A stretch of 64,000 bases of DNA from an uncultured Roseovarius sp. (GCA_963422235.2 CAXMWV010000001.1:174228-238227), one strand, 5' to 3'. Shown: positions 9,416 through 19,189, counted from the first letter of the stretch. Numbers and translations: made by a program. The notes: a model not told the origin generated them from the letters alone.

Positions 9416-10515
9416 CACGCCCCTCCCGGCGCACTTAGAATGCCACCGCTTACCGCCGCATGCACGCCTGTTGTGCCCGGGCAGGATGTCGGCAGGCCGC
9501 GAGCCACCCGCACGGCCAGATACGCAAAGGCCTGCGCTTCCAGCATGTCGCCATTCAGCCCTGCATCTTCCACAGGCACAACAGGACAGTCGAGCGCGGC
9601 GTTCATCATTTCCATAAGCACCGGATTGTGCCGACCGCCGCCGGTGACCAGCAAACGCTCGGGTGGTGCCAGGCAATGCTCCATCCCGCGCAGAACCGCG
9701 GCTGCAGACATGCCGGCGAGCGTGGCCACAGCATCCGCATCGCCGAGTTCCCGCACGAGCCCGATCATCTCTGCAAAAGCATCGCGATCCAGCGATTTGG
9801 GCGGCATGCGAGCGAAGTAAGGATCGTCGAGAAACAACTCCAACGCCCCCTGCACCACTTCACCCTGCCGGGCCAGCCGTCCGTCGCGGTCAAATGCCTC
9901 GCCCCGCCGCGCCATCATCAGATCATTCATCGGCGCATTGGCAGGCCCGGTGTCAAAGGCCAACAAAGCCCCGTCGTCTTCAGGTTTGTCCTTACCGGGA
10001 TCAATCCACGTCAGGTTGCCGACACCGCCAAGGTTAAGAAACGCAATCGGTGCGGTCGCCCCCATCCATTTGGCGCAGGCAAAGTGATAGAACGGCGCGA
10101 GCGGCGCGCCCTCCCCACCCAGCTGAATGTCGGAAGACCGGAAATCCCAGACAACAGGCAGGTCAAGTGCCTCGGCTAGGGACGCCCCGTCGCCCACCTG
10201 ATGCGTGCCCCGACCGCGTGGTTCATGGGCAAGGGTCTGGCCGTGAAAGCCAACCAACTCGGCCTCTTCAAAACCTGAAAGCACATCCACATGCGCCGCC
10301 TGCACGACCTCGGCAGCACTAGCAACGTCATCATCGTGCCAAAGCCCCAAAGCCGATTTCAGGACGGCGCGTTCATCGTCCGAGTATGCGCGATACGCAC
10401 TCTCCCCAAACTCCAAAATCTCCACGCCATCCGTGCGCAGCATCGCCGCATCCACCCCATCAAGCGAGGTGCCGGACATGGCCCCGAGGGCCCAGATTGG
10501 GGAGTTGGATTTCAT
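9415..10515 (-). CDS. anmK: Anhydro-N-acetylmuramic acid kinase
   Basis: The N-terminus [18 protein letters not shown] is the AnmK signature. 366 aa from the ATG at 10515. Confidence 0.85.
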   Translation of the reverse strand: MKSNSPIWALGAMSGTSLDGVDAAMLRTDGVEILEFGESAYRAYSDDERAVLKSALGLWHDDDVASAAEVVQAAHVDVLSGFEEAELVGFHGQTLAHEPRGRGTHQVGDGASLAEALDLPVVWDFRSSDIQLGGEGAPLAPFYHFACAKWMGATAPIAFLNLGGVGNLTWIDPGKDKPEDDGALLAFDTGPANAPMNDLMMARRGEAFDRDGRLARQGEVVQGALELFLDDPYFARMPPKSLDRDAFAEMIGLVRELGDADAVATLAGMSAAAVLRGMEHCLAPPERLLVTGGGRHNPVLMEMMNAALDCPVVPVEDAGLNGDMLEAQAFAYLAVRVARGLPTSCPGTTGVHAAVSGGILSAPGGA

Positions 10516-10749
10516 TGGCTGATCACTTGTTGGCCCTTCATGCCTTGCAATGTCCGGTCCTGACAAGACCCGATGGATCAGGAGCGCAAAGGGCGGCGCA
10601 GGTGTCACGACTGAATGGCCGTTGAGCAACAGGGCGAAGTACGTGCCACCCCAAAGTTCGATTGTTCATGTCGGGGAAACAGACTGTAGACTTGACGAAG
10701 ACGTCGCATTTGACCCCACTGCTGGTATTGCTCACGGGTGGCGGCTCCG

Positions 10750-11715
10750 ATGACTTTACAATTCTTTCCAACCTTTGCAGATCCCTCCGACACAGATGGC
10801 GACCTTGGAGGCGGGGATGGAATCGTGCAAGGCTCCGCAGGCGGCGTAACTTTCACTGTATCGATTGCCAATACGGCCCCGGGTCAATGGGGTATGATCC
10901 TGGGCGACAACCTCACACTTGCAAATACCGGACCATCTACCTCTCTATCGTTTACTTTGACTTGGAATGGCGGTCCAGGCAGCACGCAGGCGTCATCTAT
11001 CGAAGTCGCAGGAAATTTTGATCCTGGAGAAGTGCTCTTTGTCACCTCAAACGGAACAGTTTCAGCCGTGGATGATGTTGCGTTCCAAGGACAAGTTTCC
11101 GCGGTCAGGTTCATTTTGGCACCCAATTTTGACACCGCGCAGCTCGACAGCATCTCACTGGCGCTCAATTGTTTTGCTCCGGGCACGCGGATCGAAACCT
11201 CAGACGGGTCGAAACCGGTCGAAGATCTTTCAGAGCGCGATCTCGTCTTGACCGCCGACGGACGCGTGCTGCCGATACGCTGGATCGGGCACCGGACCGT
11301 CGACAGTCGCCATGAACACCCCACAAAGATCAATCCGATCCGGATCACGGCGGGCGCCTTGGGCCACGGCCTGCCTGAGCGCGATCTGTGTCTGTCGAAG
11401 GACCATGCTGTTGAAATTGACGGTGTGCTCTACGATGCCGGGACATTGGTCAATGGCGTCACGATTTATCAGGAGCAAGGTGTCCTGCCCGAGGGCTTTA
11501 CCTACTACCACATCGCAACAGACGCGCATGAGCTTCTTCTGGCTGAAGGTGTGGCGGCAGAAAGCTTCATCGACCACCGGAGCCGCGATGCTTTCGACAA
11601 TGGCGACGATATGCACGGCCCCATAACCGAAATGACCCTCCCCCGCGTCTCCTCCAAACGCATGGTCCCCGCCCACCTCCGCGCCCGCCTGGCCCCCAAA
11701 TTCGCCGCAGAATGA
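10750..11715 (+). CDS. Hint (bacterial intein-like, Hint_2-type) domain protein, paralog 1
   Basis: N-module of about 140 aa, then LNCFAPGTRIE (Cys codon 11170-11172), [23 protein letters not shown] and a conserved C-tail. ATG at 10750 chosen by alignment with the paralog N-termini. Confidence 0.85.
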   Translation: MTLQFFPTFADPSDTDGDLGGGDGIVQGSAGGVTFTVSIANTAPGQWGMILGDNLTLANTGPSTSLSFTLTWNGGPGSTQASSIEVAGNFDPGEVLFVTSNGTVSAVDDVAFQGQVSAVRFILAPNFDTAQLDSISLALNCFAPGTRIETSDGSKPVEDLSERDLVLTADGRVLPIRWIGHRTVDSRHEHPTKINPIRITAGALGHGLPERDLCLSKDHAVEIDGVLYDAGTLVNGVTIYQEQGVLPEGFTYYHIATDAHELLLAEGVAAESFIDHRSRDAFDNGDDMHGPITEMTLPRVSSKRMVPAHLRARLAPKFAAE

Positions 11716-11834
11716 GGACACATCCCACCCCATTAAATGTGACAGACCCGCTGACCAGACAGAGACCCGATCTACACACCCTTTGAAGTCAACCGTCACG
11801 CGTCCAAACTGATCGCTTACAGAAGAGGCCAACC

Positions 11835-12794
11835 ATGCCCACGCAGTCTTTCACGAACTTTGGAACCTTGACGTCGGAACAGGGCTTCACCGGTGACGTT
11901 GGTAGTGTCTCTTCCACCTCCGGCGGCGTGACCTTTACCCTGTCTGTCGCAGACAGTTCGGTGGATTACTTGATATTGCTTGGCAACGTCGCTTTGGCAT
12001 CCAACAGCGGTTTTTCCGGGACCAACACATTCACACTCACCTGGGACGACGGCGCAGGCGGCACCCAGGCCAGTTCCATCAGTATCAACGGGAATTTTGA
12101 TCTTGGTCAGATCCTATATCTGTCCACCAATGGCACTTTGGCCGCGCAGAGCGGCGTTGCGTATACGGGTCAGGTGACCGAGGTGCAATTCAGGCTTTCG
12201 GGGTTTATTGAAGCGGCATCCATTTCGGACATCAGCCTTTCTATCAATTGCTTTGCCGAAGGCACACGGATGGCGACGCGGGATGGGCCACGGCCGGTTG
12301 AAACGCTGACGGAAGGCTGCGAGGTGCTCACCGCCGATGGCCGCGCAGTGAAGGTCACGTGGCTGGGCCGTCGGACGATAAACAGCCGCACCGCGCATCC
12401 CTCCAAAGTGAACCCGATCCGCATTACGGCAGGGGCTTTGGGATACGGCCTGCCGGAGCGCGATCTGCGTCTATCGAAGGACCATGCGGTTGAAATTGAT
12501 GGTGTGCTTTACGATACAGGCACTTTGGTCAACGACGTTACGATTTATCAGGAGCACGGTGTCCTGCCGGAGAGCTTCACCTACTACCACATTGAAACCG
12601 AAGCGCATGAGCTTCTGCTGGCTGAAGGCGTGGCGGCAGAAAGCTTCATCGACCACCGCAGCCGCGATGCCTTTGACAATAGCGACAAGTTGCGCGGCCC
12701 CATTCCCGAGATGGACCTCCCCCGCGTCGCGTCCAAACGCATGGTCCCCGCCCACATCCGCGCGCGTCTCGCCCCCAAGATCGCGGCGGAGTAA
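11835..12794 (+). CDS. Hint (bacterial intein-like, Hint_2-type) domain protein, paralog 2
   Basis: 319 aa. INCFAEGTRM (Cys codon 12249-12251). Hint module and tail about 85% identical by eye to paralog 1. Confidence 0.85.
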   Translation: MPTQSFTNFGTLTSEQGFTGDVGSVSSTSGGVTFTLSVADSSVDYLILLGNVALASNSGFSGTNTFTLTWDDGAGGTQASSISINGNFDLGQILYLSTNGTLAAQSGVAYTGQVTEVQFRLSGFIEAASISDISLSINCFAEGTRMATRDGPRPVETLTEGCEVLTADGRAVKVTWLGRRTINSRTAHPSKVNPIRITAGALGYGLPERDLRLSKDHAVEIDGVLYDTGTLVNDVTIYQEHGVLPESFTYYHIETEAHELLLAEGVAAESFIDHRSRDAFDNSDKLRGPIPEMDLPRVASKRMVPAHIRARLAPKIAAE

Positions 12795-12951
12795 GTTCCA
12801 GGTCGTCCAGACCGTCCCACGGCGAACCTCTAGACATCAAAAAATCTCTGTTTTTCAATGCAGTGCTGTTGACAGCACTCCCCCTGAGAGTGACATATGA
12901 TCAAACAGTAGCAGCCCAGCAGCAGCGCCAGGCAAACAAAGGATTTCGAGC

Positions 12952-13911
12952 ATGACCCCCAGCCAACTTTTTACTGAATTTGGGACTGGTAACGATAACG
13001 ATTTTGCTGGAACGGGAGATCGCGTCGCAACAGGAACCATCGGTGGTGTAACTTTTACAGTGTCTGCGCCTACCTCGGCGACATCGTGGAGCATGATCCT
13101 TGGCGACAACATCACTGTCGGAAATTCTGGGACAGCTGCAACGCAAACCTTCACGATCACTTGGACTGATGGCAGCGGTGGCAACTCAGCAAGCTCGGTT
13201 TTGGTCACGGGTGCCGCAATCAGCAAACTGTTTTACGAAACCACAGGCGGTCTCGTGTCAGCCACGCCAAATGTCGCTTTTGCGGGGCAAATCTCATCCC
13301 TCAAATTTATTCTTTCCGGCTTCGCAGATTTGGCGACACTTGGATCCCTGTCGTTGTCCATCAACTGTTTCACGCCCGGTACGCGGATCGCGACGCCGGA
13401 TGGCGCACGAACAGTAGAGACACTGCAAACAGACGATTTGGTGCTGACCACAGATGGGCGTGCGGTGCCGGTGACATGGCTAGGCAAGCAAACCATCGAC
13501 GCCCGCACGGTGCACCCCGAAAAAGTAAACCCGATCCGTATCACGGCGGGGGCTTTGGGATATGGCATGCCGGAACGTGACCTGTGTCTATCTCCTGACC
13601 ACGCGGTGGAGATCGACGGCACGCTTTTTAACGCAGGTACGCTGGTGAACGAAACGACGATCTATCAGGAAGATGGCGTCCTGCCGGAAGGGTTCACCTA
13701 CTACCACATCGAAACCGAAACACATGAGTTGCTACTGGCCGAAGGCGTGGCCGCTGAAAGCTTCGTCGACTATGCAGGCCGCGATGCCTTTGACAATGGC
13801 GACGAGTTGCGCGGCCCCATCCCCGAGATGGACCTCCCTCGCGTCTCCTCCAAACGCATGGTCCCCGACCACATCCGCGCCCGGCTCGCGCCCAAGATCG
13901 CGGCGGAGTGA
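12952..13911 (+). CDS. Hint (bacterial intein-like, Hint_2-type) domain protein, paralog 3
   Basis: 319 aa. [10 protein letters not shown] (Cys codon 13366-13368). Same architecture as paralogs 1 and 2. Confidence 0.85.
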   Translation: MTPSQLFTEFGTGNDNDFAGTGDRVATGTIGGVTFTVSAPTSATSWSMILGDNITVGNSGTAATQTFTITWTDGSGGNSASSVLVTGAAISKLFYETTGGLVSATPNVAFAGQISSLKFILSGFADLATLGSLSLSINCFTPGTRIATPDGARTVETLQTDDLVLTTDGRAVPVTWLGKQTIDARTVHPEKVNPIRITAGALGYGMPERDLCLSPDHAVEIDGTLFNAGTLVNETTIYQEDGVLPEGFTYYHIETETHELLLAEGVAAESFVDYAGRDAFDNGDELRGPIPEMDLPRVSSKRMVPDHIRARLAPKIAAE

Positions 13912-13997
13912 TCGCTCAGGAGAGACCGCACAACACGGTCTTTCCCTTTACCCATTCCCTGCCTATACAGCCCCGACACGCAATCGGGATCAAAGCG

Positions 13998-15251
13998 ATG
14001 ACCTACCACCCCAAATCGGACTTCATGACCGTCATGATCGAGCGCGGCTTTCTGGCCGATTGCACCGATTATCAGGGCCTTGATGAGGCGCTGAGCCAAG
14101 GGGTGTGCCCGGCCTATATTGGTTTTGATGCCACGGCCACCTCGCTTCATGTGGGTTCACTCATCCAGATCATGATGCTGCGGTGGCTGCAGAAAACCGG
14201 CCACAAACCGATTACGCTGATGGGCGGCGGAACCACCAAGGTGGGCGACCCGTCTGGCCGCGACACGGAGCGGTCCTTGCTGGATGAGGCGCAGATTGCC
14301 GCCAATATCCAAGGCATCGGTCAGGTGTTTGAACAATACGTCACCTACGGCGAGGGCCCCACCGACGCGATCATGGTCAACAATGCCGAGTGGTTGGAAA
14401 GCCTGAACTACATCGAGTTTCTGCGCGACATCGGACGGCACTTTTCGATCAATCGGATGCTGGCGTTTGAAAGCGTGAAGTCTCGGCTGGACCGGGAACA
14501 ATCGCTTAGTTTCCTCGAATTCAACTACATGATCCTGCAAGCCTATGACTTCATGGAGTTGAACCGCCGCTATGGTTGCCTTCTGCAAATGGGCGGCTCG
14601 GATCAGTGGGGCAACATCGTCAACGGTATCGACCTGACCCGCCGCGTATTGGATCAAGAAATCTATGGTTTAACCTCGCCGCTGCTGACCACCTCGGACG
14701 GGCGCAAAATGGGCAAATCCGCCGGTGGCGCGGTGTGGCTCAACGCCGAAATGCTCTCGCCCTACGAATTCTGGCAATTCTGGCGCAACACGACGGACGC
14801 GGACACCGGGCGGTTTTTGAAGCTCTATACCGAATTGCCGGTTGAGGAATGCGACCGCTTGGGAGCTTTGGAAGGGTCAGCCATCAATGACGCGAAGATC
14901 GTTCTCGCCAACGAGGTGACCACCCTGCTGCACGGAGCCGAGGCGGCAGCCGCAGCTGAAGCCACCGCACGCGAAGTGTTCGAGCAGGGAGGCGTGGGTG
15001 ATGACTTGCCGACGCTGGAGTTGTCCGCCGATGAGATTGGCGACGGGATTTCGATTGTTCAGGTGATCGTCAAATCGGGCCTCGCGAAATCTGGTAAAGA
15101 GGCCAAGCGCCTGATTGGCGAACATGGCGCGCGTTTGAACGATGAACCGCTGACCGATACCGGGTTGATGATCGATGCTTCTGCCTTGGCTGACCCGATC
15201 AAGTTGTCAGCGGGCAAGAAACGCCACGCTGTGGTGAAACTGGGCGGCTGA
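13998..15251 (+). CDS. tyrS: Tyrosine--tRNA ligase
   Basis: HIGH-like SLHVGSL and a KMGKS motif. C-terminal S4-like domain. ATG at 13998. Confidence 0.92.
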   Translation: MTYHPKSDFMTVMIERGFLADCTDYQGLDEALSQGVCPAYIGFDATATSLHVGSLIQIMMLRWLQKTGHKPITLMGGGTTKVGDPSGRDTERSLLDEAQIAANIQGIGQVFEQYVTYGEGPTDAIMVNNAEWLESLNYIEFLRDIGRHFSINRMLAFESVKSRLDREQSLSFLEFNYMILQAYDFMELNRRYGCLLQMGGSDQWGNIVNGIDLTRRVLDQEIYGLTSPLLTTSDGRKMGKSAGGAVWLNAEMLSPYEFWQFWRNTTDADTGRFLKLYTELPVEECDRLGALEGSAINDAKIVLANEVTTLLHGAEAAAAAEATAREVFEQGGVGDDLPTLELSADEIGDGISIVQVIVKSGLAKSGKEAKRLIGEHGARLNDEPLTDTGLMIDASALADPIKLSAGKKRHAVVKLGG

Positions 15252-15283
15252 AAAAACACACAACGGGTGCAGCAATACCCCGT

Positions 15284-16420
15284 TCACCGCAGGCCCAGTT
15301 TTGACACCAGCCGTTCACGCTTCATCAGCCACCACCCGGCCTCGATCGGCCACATCGCATGCCCTTCGTCTGCGTCCAGTTCTGCCGCTGCATGCAAAGG
15401 CCAGTTCGGGTCATCAAGCACTTCCCGCGCCAAGGCGACCATGTCGGCCTGCCCGTCAGCTATGATGCGGTCGCAATGCGCGGCATCCCACAAGAACCCG
15501 ACCGCCATCGTCGCGATCTCGGCTTGTGACCTCACCGCCTCTGCAAACGGCACCTGAAAACCCTGCTTGATCTCCATCCGCCGGGGACGATCCTTGCCCC
15601 CGATGCCACCCGTGGAACAGTCGATCATATCGACCCCTTCGTCTTTCAGAGACTTGGCAAGTGCCACCGTGTCTTCAAGCTCAACACCGCCATCCAGCCA
15701 GTCCGTGGCAGACAACCGGAACGATAAGGGATACCGCTCCGGCCACTCTGCCCGGATCGCGCGCGCAACATCGATTGCGAGGCGTTGACGGTTCTCAGAA
15801 CTCCCTCCCCAACGGTCCGTACGGTGATTGGCAATGGGCGACAGGAACTGGTGAATGAGGAACCCATGGGCCGCGTAAACCTCAATCATCTCGAACCCAG
15901 CTTCACGTGATCGCCGCGCAGCTTGACCAAAGGCGTCTATCACTTCCTTGATCTGGGTTTCTGACATCTCTTCCGGCGCGGGCCATCCATCCGCGTAAGG
16001 AATTGGTGAGGGCGCCAACGCGCGCCAAGGCGCCTCTCGTCGTTTTGCTATATCCACATCATCCACGGGCGTTTCCCCATGCCAGGGACGCCGTTCAGAC
16101 GCTTTCCGCCCGGCATGGGCCAGTTGCACGCCCGGCACCGCGCCTTCTTCGTTCAGGAGCGCTGTGATCGGCACAAGGCCTTCAATCTGCGCATCCACCC
16201 AAAGCCCCAGATCCCCATGCGTCCGCCGTCCATCCCACGTCACGGCTGTGGCCTCCGCAAAGACCAGCCCTGCCCCGCCCAAAGCAAACCGGCCCAAATG
16301 CACCATGTGCCATGAAATCGCATAACCGTCCTTGGCGCGATACTGGCTCATCGGAGACACGGCGACGCGATTGCGGAAAGTGACATCGCGCAGGGTATAG
16401 GGAGAAAAGAGATGGGACAT
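15284..16420 (-). CDS. NADH:flavin oxidoreductase (Old Yellow Enzyme family)
   Basis: 378 aa. N-terminus LFSPYTLRDVTFRNRVAVSPMSQY and a TIM-barrel OYE pattern. Confidence 0.85.
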   Translation of the reverse strand: MSHLFSPYTLRDVTFRNRVAVSPMSQYRAKDGYAISWHMVHLGRFALGGAGLVFAEATAVTWDGRRTHGDLGLWVDAQIEGLVPITALLNEEGAVPGVQLAHAGRKASERRPWHGETPVDDVDIAKRREAPWRALAPSPIPYADGWPAPEEMSETQIKEVIDAFGQAARRSREAGFEMIEVYAAHGFLIHQFLSPIANHRTDRWGGSSENRQRLAIDVARAIRAEWPERYPLSFRLSATDWLDGGVELEDTVALAKSLKDEGVDMIDCSTGGIGGKDRPRRMEIKQGFQVPFAEAVRSQAEIATMAVGFLWDAAHCDRIIADGQADMVALAREVLDDPNWPLHAAAELDADEGHAMWPIEAGWWLMKRERLVSKLGLR

Positions 16421-16532
16421 GGGACTTTGCCTCTGACTGGTTTCGCGCTTCTACGGCGCGCCCGAAGGAAAGGCACGGGGCAAAGGGCAAAACACACGCA
16501 TCTTTGACCAAAGAGTTTGACGCCATCTCAAT

Positions 16533-16542
16533 ATATCGATAT
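16533..16542. promoter_or_regulatory. Perfect 10-bp palindrome ATATCGATAT immediately upstream of arsR (candidate ArsR operator)
   Basis: Seen at 16533-16542, 11 nt before the arsR ATG. ArsR-family repressors usually bind dyads in their own promoters. Confidence 0.4.
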
Positions 16543-16552
16543 TTCCTGATAT

Positions 16553-16885
16553 ATGGATACAAATGACGCAACAGCCGCCTTCGCCGCATTGTCTCAGCCC
16601 ACGCGCCTCGACGTTTTTCGCCTGCTTATTCAGGCGGGCTCTGACGGCATGTCTGCAGGGGACATAGCGGACGCCCTGGACGTCAAACAGAACACCATGT
16701 CGACCAACCTGGCCGTTCTGCACCGTGCTGGCCTCGTGCGCAATCAACGCGAAGGGCGTTTGATCCGGTACTTTGCCGATTTCAACGGCACCCGCGGCCT
16801 ATTGGCCTTTCTCATGCAGGATTGCTGCGGCGGCAATCCGAAGGCCTGCCAACCTCTTATTGCCGAAATCGCCTGCGACGCCTAA
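16553..16885 (+). CDS. arsR: ArsR/SmtB family transcriptional regulator
   Basis: 110 aa. LSQPTRLDVFRLL winged-HTH region. Heads an arsenic resistance operon. Confidence 0.85.
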   Translation: MDTNDATAAFAALSQPTRLDVFRLLIQAGSDGMSAGDIADALDVKQNTMSTNLAVLHRAGLVRNQREGRLIRYFADFNGTRGLLAFLMQDCCGGNPKACQPLIAEIACDA

Positions 16886-16899
16886 AGGAGACTGCTGCC

Positions 16900-17421
16900 A
16901 TGTCGGACACGATCAAGAACATTCTGTTTCTCTGCACCGGAAATTCTGCTCGCTCTCTTATCGCGGAGGCCATTGTTTCGCGGGAAGGTATGGGAAAGTT
17001 CCGCGGGTTCTCCGCGGGTTCCCAGCCTAAGGACGCGCCGCATCCGCGCACGATTGAGCTGCTACAACATCTCAACCACGACACATCCTCTCTGCGGTCC
17101 AAAAGCTGGGATGAATTCGCGGCCGTGGACGCCCCCAAGATGGACTTTGTGTTCACAGTCTGCGACAGCGCTGCCGCGGAAACCTGCCCGATTTGGCCCG
17201 GCCAACCGATGAGCGCCCATTGGGGTGTTCCCGATCCGGCAGCGGCCACCGGCACAGATGCCGAAATTGGCCTCGCCTTCTCAAACACCTACCGCATGTT
17301 GCGCAACCGCATTTCGATCTTCGTCAATTTGCCAATTGATCAGCTCGATCGCCTTTCCCTGCAGCGCCACATGGATGAAATCGGCCAGACCCATGACAAA
17401 GAGGACACAGAGCCCGCATGA
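16900..17421 (+). CDS. arsC: Arsenate reductase, low-molecular-weight phosphatase type
   Basis: CX5R P-loop LCTGNSARS. RBS AAAGGAG upstream of the ATG at 16900. Confidence 0.85.
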   Translation: MSDTIKNILFLCTGNSARSLIAEAIVSREGMGKFRGFSAGSQPKDAPHPRTIELLQHLNHDTSSLRSKSWDEFAAVDAPKMDFVFTVCDSAAAETCPIWPGQPMSAHWGVPDPAAATGTDAEIGLAFSNTYRMLRNRISIFVNLPIDQLDRLSLQRHMDEIGQTHDKEDTEPA

Positions 17422-18095
17422 CTTTCGATCTTCCCCGCCGCCTGACTGCGGAAGCCCTGGGTACTTTGCTGCTCGTTTGTACAGTCGTCGGTTCCGGCAT
17501 CATGGCCGACATGCTGAGTGATGACGTCGCTGTCTCGCTTCTGGGCAACACGATCCCAACCGGAGCGATTCTCGTCGTGTTGATCACGCTGCTCGGGCCC
17601 ATCTCTGGCGCGCATTTTAACCCGGCGGTGACATTCGCTTTCTTCCTTAAGCGGCAGATATCATTCAGCGATTCTGCCCTCTACATCATCGCGCAAATCA
17701 TCGGCGGTGTCCTCGGGGCCTTCATTGCCCATGCCATGTTTGCCCTCGACATCGTGCAAACCTCCACCACCATCCGCGCCGGCGGCGCACAGTGGTTTGC
17801 CGAGGTCGTAGCGACCTTCGGACTGGTCGGCACCATCCTTGCAGGCTTGCGATTCAAAGCGGATGCTATCCCGTGGCTGGTCGGCCTCTATATCACCGCG
17901 GCCTACTGGTTCACCGCGTCGACTTCTTTCGCCAACCCTGCCGTCGCCATCTCTCGATCTTTCACAGATACGTTCTCCGGTATCCGTCCTGTCGATTTGC
18001 CCGGATTCATCGGGGCTGAGCTGATCGGCGCGGCACTGGCGGTGGCGCTCTTTTCATGGCTACTGACATCGAATGAAGACACGAAGGGCGCTTAA
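17418..18095 (+). CDS. aqpS: Aquaglyceroporin (MIP family) arsenite channel, AqpS-like
   Basis: Two NPA boxes (HFNPAVTF, FANPAVAI) and six hydrophobic segments. Sits in an ars operon where arsB/acr3 would otherwise be. Confidence 0.8.
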   Translation: MTFDLPRRLTAEALGTLLLVCTVVGSGIMADMLSDDVAVSLLGNTIPTGAILVVLITLLGPISGAHFNPAVTFAFFLKRQISFSDSALYIIAQIIGGVLGAFIAHAMFALDIVQTSTTIRAGGAQWFAEVVATFGLVGTILAGLRFKADAIPWLVGLYITAAYWFTASTSFANPAVAISRSFTDTFSGIRPVDLPGFIGAELIGAALAVALFSWLLTSNEDTKGA

Positions 18096-18097
18096 AG

Positions 18098-18520
18098 ATG
18101 CAAGTCGTCATTCATCACAACCCCGCCTGCGGAACGTCTCGTAACGTCCTGAAAATCATTGAGGACGCAGGGTACGAACCCATTGTTATCCACTACATCG
18201 AGGAAGGCTGGACCCGCCCGCAACTTCACGCACTCTTTGCAGCGGCAGGGATCACCGCACGCCAAGCCCTGCGCACCACAAAATCCCCGGCGGAAGAGTT
18301 GGGCTTGCTTGACCCATCGGTCGGCGATGCCGAACTGATGGATGCGATGCTGGAACACCCCGTGCTGGTCAACCGTCCCATCGTTTGCACCGCCAAGGGC
18401 GTGAAGCTCTGCCGTCCGTCTGAGCTGGTTCTCGATTTGTTGGATCAATGGCCTTCAGGTCCGTATGCCAAGGAAGATGGCGAAGTCATCATCGACGTGG
18501 ACGGAAATCGCGTTGCCTGA
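18098..18520 (+). CDS. arsC: Arsenate reductase, glutaredoxin-coupled ArsC family
   Basis: N-terminus [12 protein letters not shown] is the catalytic Cys motif of the ArsC/Spx fold. 140 aa. Confidence 0.85.
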   Translation: MQVVIHHNPACGTSRNVLKIIEDAGYEPIVIHYIEEGWTRPQLHALFAAAGITARQALRTTKSPAEELGLLDPSVGDAELMDAMLEHPVLVNRPIVCTAKGVKLCRPSELVLDLLDQWPSGPYAKEDGEVIIDVDGNRVA

Positions 18521-19175
18521 TCATCTGTTCGACCCGACACACCTGCCCGACATCGACATGGACCGGTTGCTGCCCGGCAATCCCATGATCCATCCGCCGC
18601 GCATCCTGTTGCTTTATGGCAGCCTGCGCGAACGTTCCTACTCTCGCCTTCTCAGCGAAGAGGCGGCGCGTATTCTCACGCATTTGGGTGCCGAGACGCA
18701 GACCTTTGACCCCTCAGGTTTGCCACTGACCGATGACGCAGACCCCGATCACCCCAAAGTCGCTGAACTGCGTGAGCGCGTGACTTGGTCTGAAGGCATG
18801 GTCTGGATCAGCCCGGAACGACACGGCGCGATGACAGGCATCATGAAACTAATGATCGACTGGATCCCGCTCTCCATGGGTGGCGTGCGTCCGACGCAAG
18901 GCAAAACACTGGCCCTCGCCCAGGTCTCTGGTGGATCGCAAAGTTTCAACGCGGTCAACCAGATGCGCATTCTGGGCCGTTGGATGCGGCTGATCACCAT
19001 TCCAAATCAATCCTCCGTGCCGCAGGCTTACACTGAGTTTGATGAGGCCGGACGCATGCATCCTGGGCCGCGATATGACCGCTTGGTCGATGTCATGGAG
19101 GAGCTTATGAAGTTCACTCTGATGACCCGCAGCCAATCCGAGTACTTGACAGAGCGATACTCGGAGCGCGTTTAA
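18465..19175 (+). CDS. arsH: Arsenical resistance protein ArsH (NADPH-dependent FMN reductase); start uncertain (18465, 18477 or TTG 18513)
   Basis: [19 protein letters not shown] and the rest are typical of ArsH. The 5' end overlaps the arsC 3' end. Confidence 0.85.
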   Translation: MPRKMAKSSSTWTEIALPDHLFDPTHLPDIDMDRLLPGNPMIHPPRILLLYGSLRERSYSRLLSEEAARILTHLGAETQTFDPSGLPLTDDADPDHPKVAELRERVTWSEGMVWISPERHGAMTGIMKLMIDWIPLSMGGVRPTQGKTLALAQVSGGSQSFNAVNQMRILGRWMRLITIPNQSSVPQAYTEFDEAGRMHPGPRYDRLVDVMEELMKFTLMTRSQSEYLTERYSERV

Positions 19176-19189
19176 GCAGCGGGCAAAGA

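Larger units (their letters stand above)
10750..13911 (+). repeat. Tandem gene triplication (start-to-start 1085 and 1117 nt) with highly similar 3' halves
   Basis: Long shared nucleotide runs in the 3' halves. For example, the 29-mer gtggcggcagaaagcttcatcgaccaccg is present in both paralog 1 and paralog 2. Confidence 0.85.

Noticed and set aside
10750-13911. The Hint modules as true protein-splicing inteins or a mobile homing element
   Set aside because: There is no recognisable host (extein) protein and no endonuclease domain. There is no terminal His-Asn followed by a Cys/Ser/Thr nucleophile; the following residue is Phe. The architecture fits BIL/Hint_2 autoprocessing domains instead.
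15252-15290. A hairpin between the convergent tyrS and OYE genes as a bidirectional terminator
   Set aside because: The stem (ACGGG/CCCGT with a bulge) is short and imperfect, and there is no T-tract on either side. This is not enough to call a terminator.
16533-19175. The ars cluster as a horizontally acquired genomic island
   Set aside because: No integrase, IS element or flanking repeats are present. GC content looks like the surrounding chromosome. The cluster is bounded by core genes (OYE reductase and aroB).
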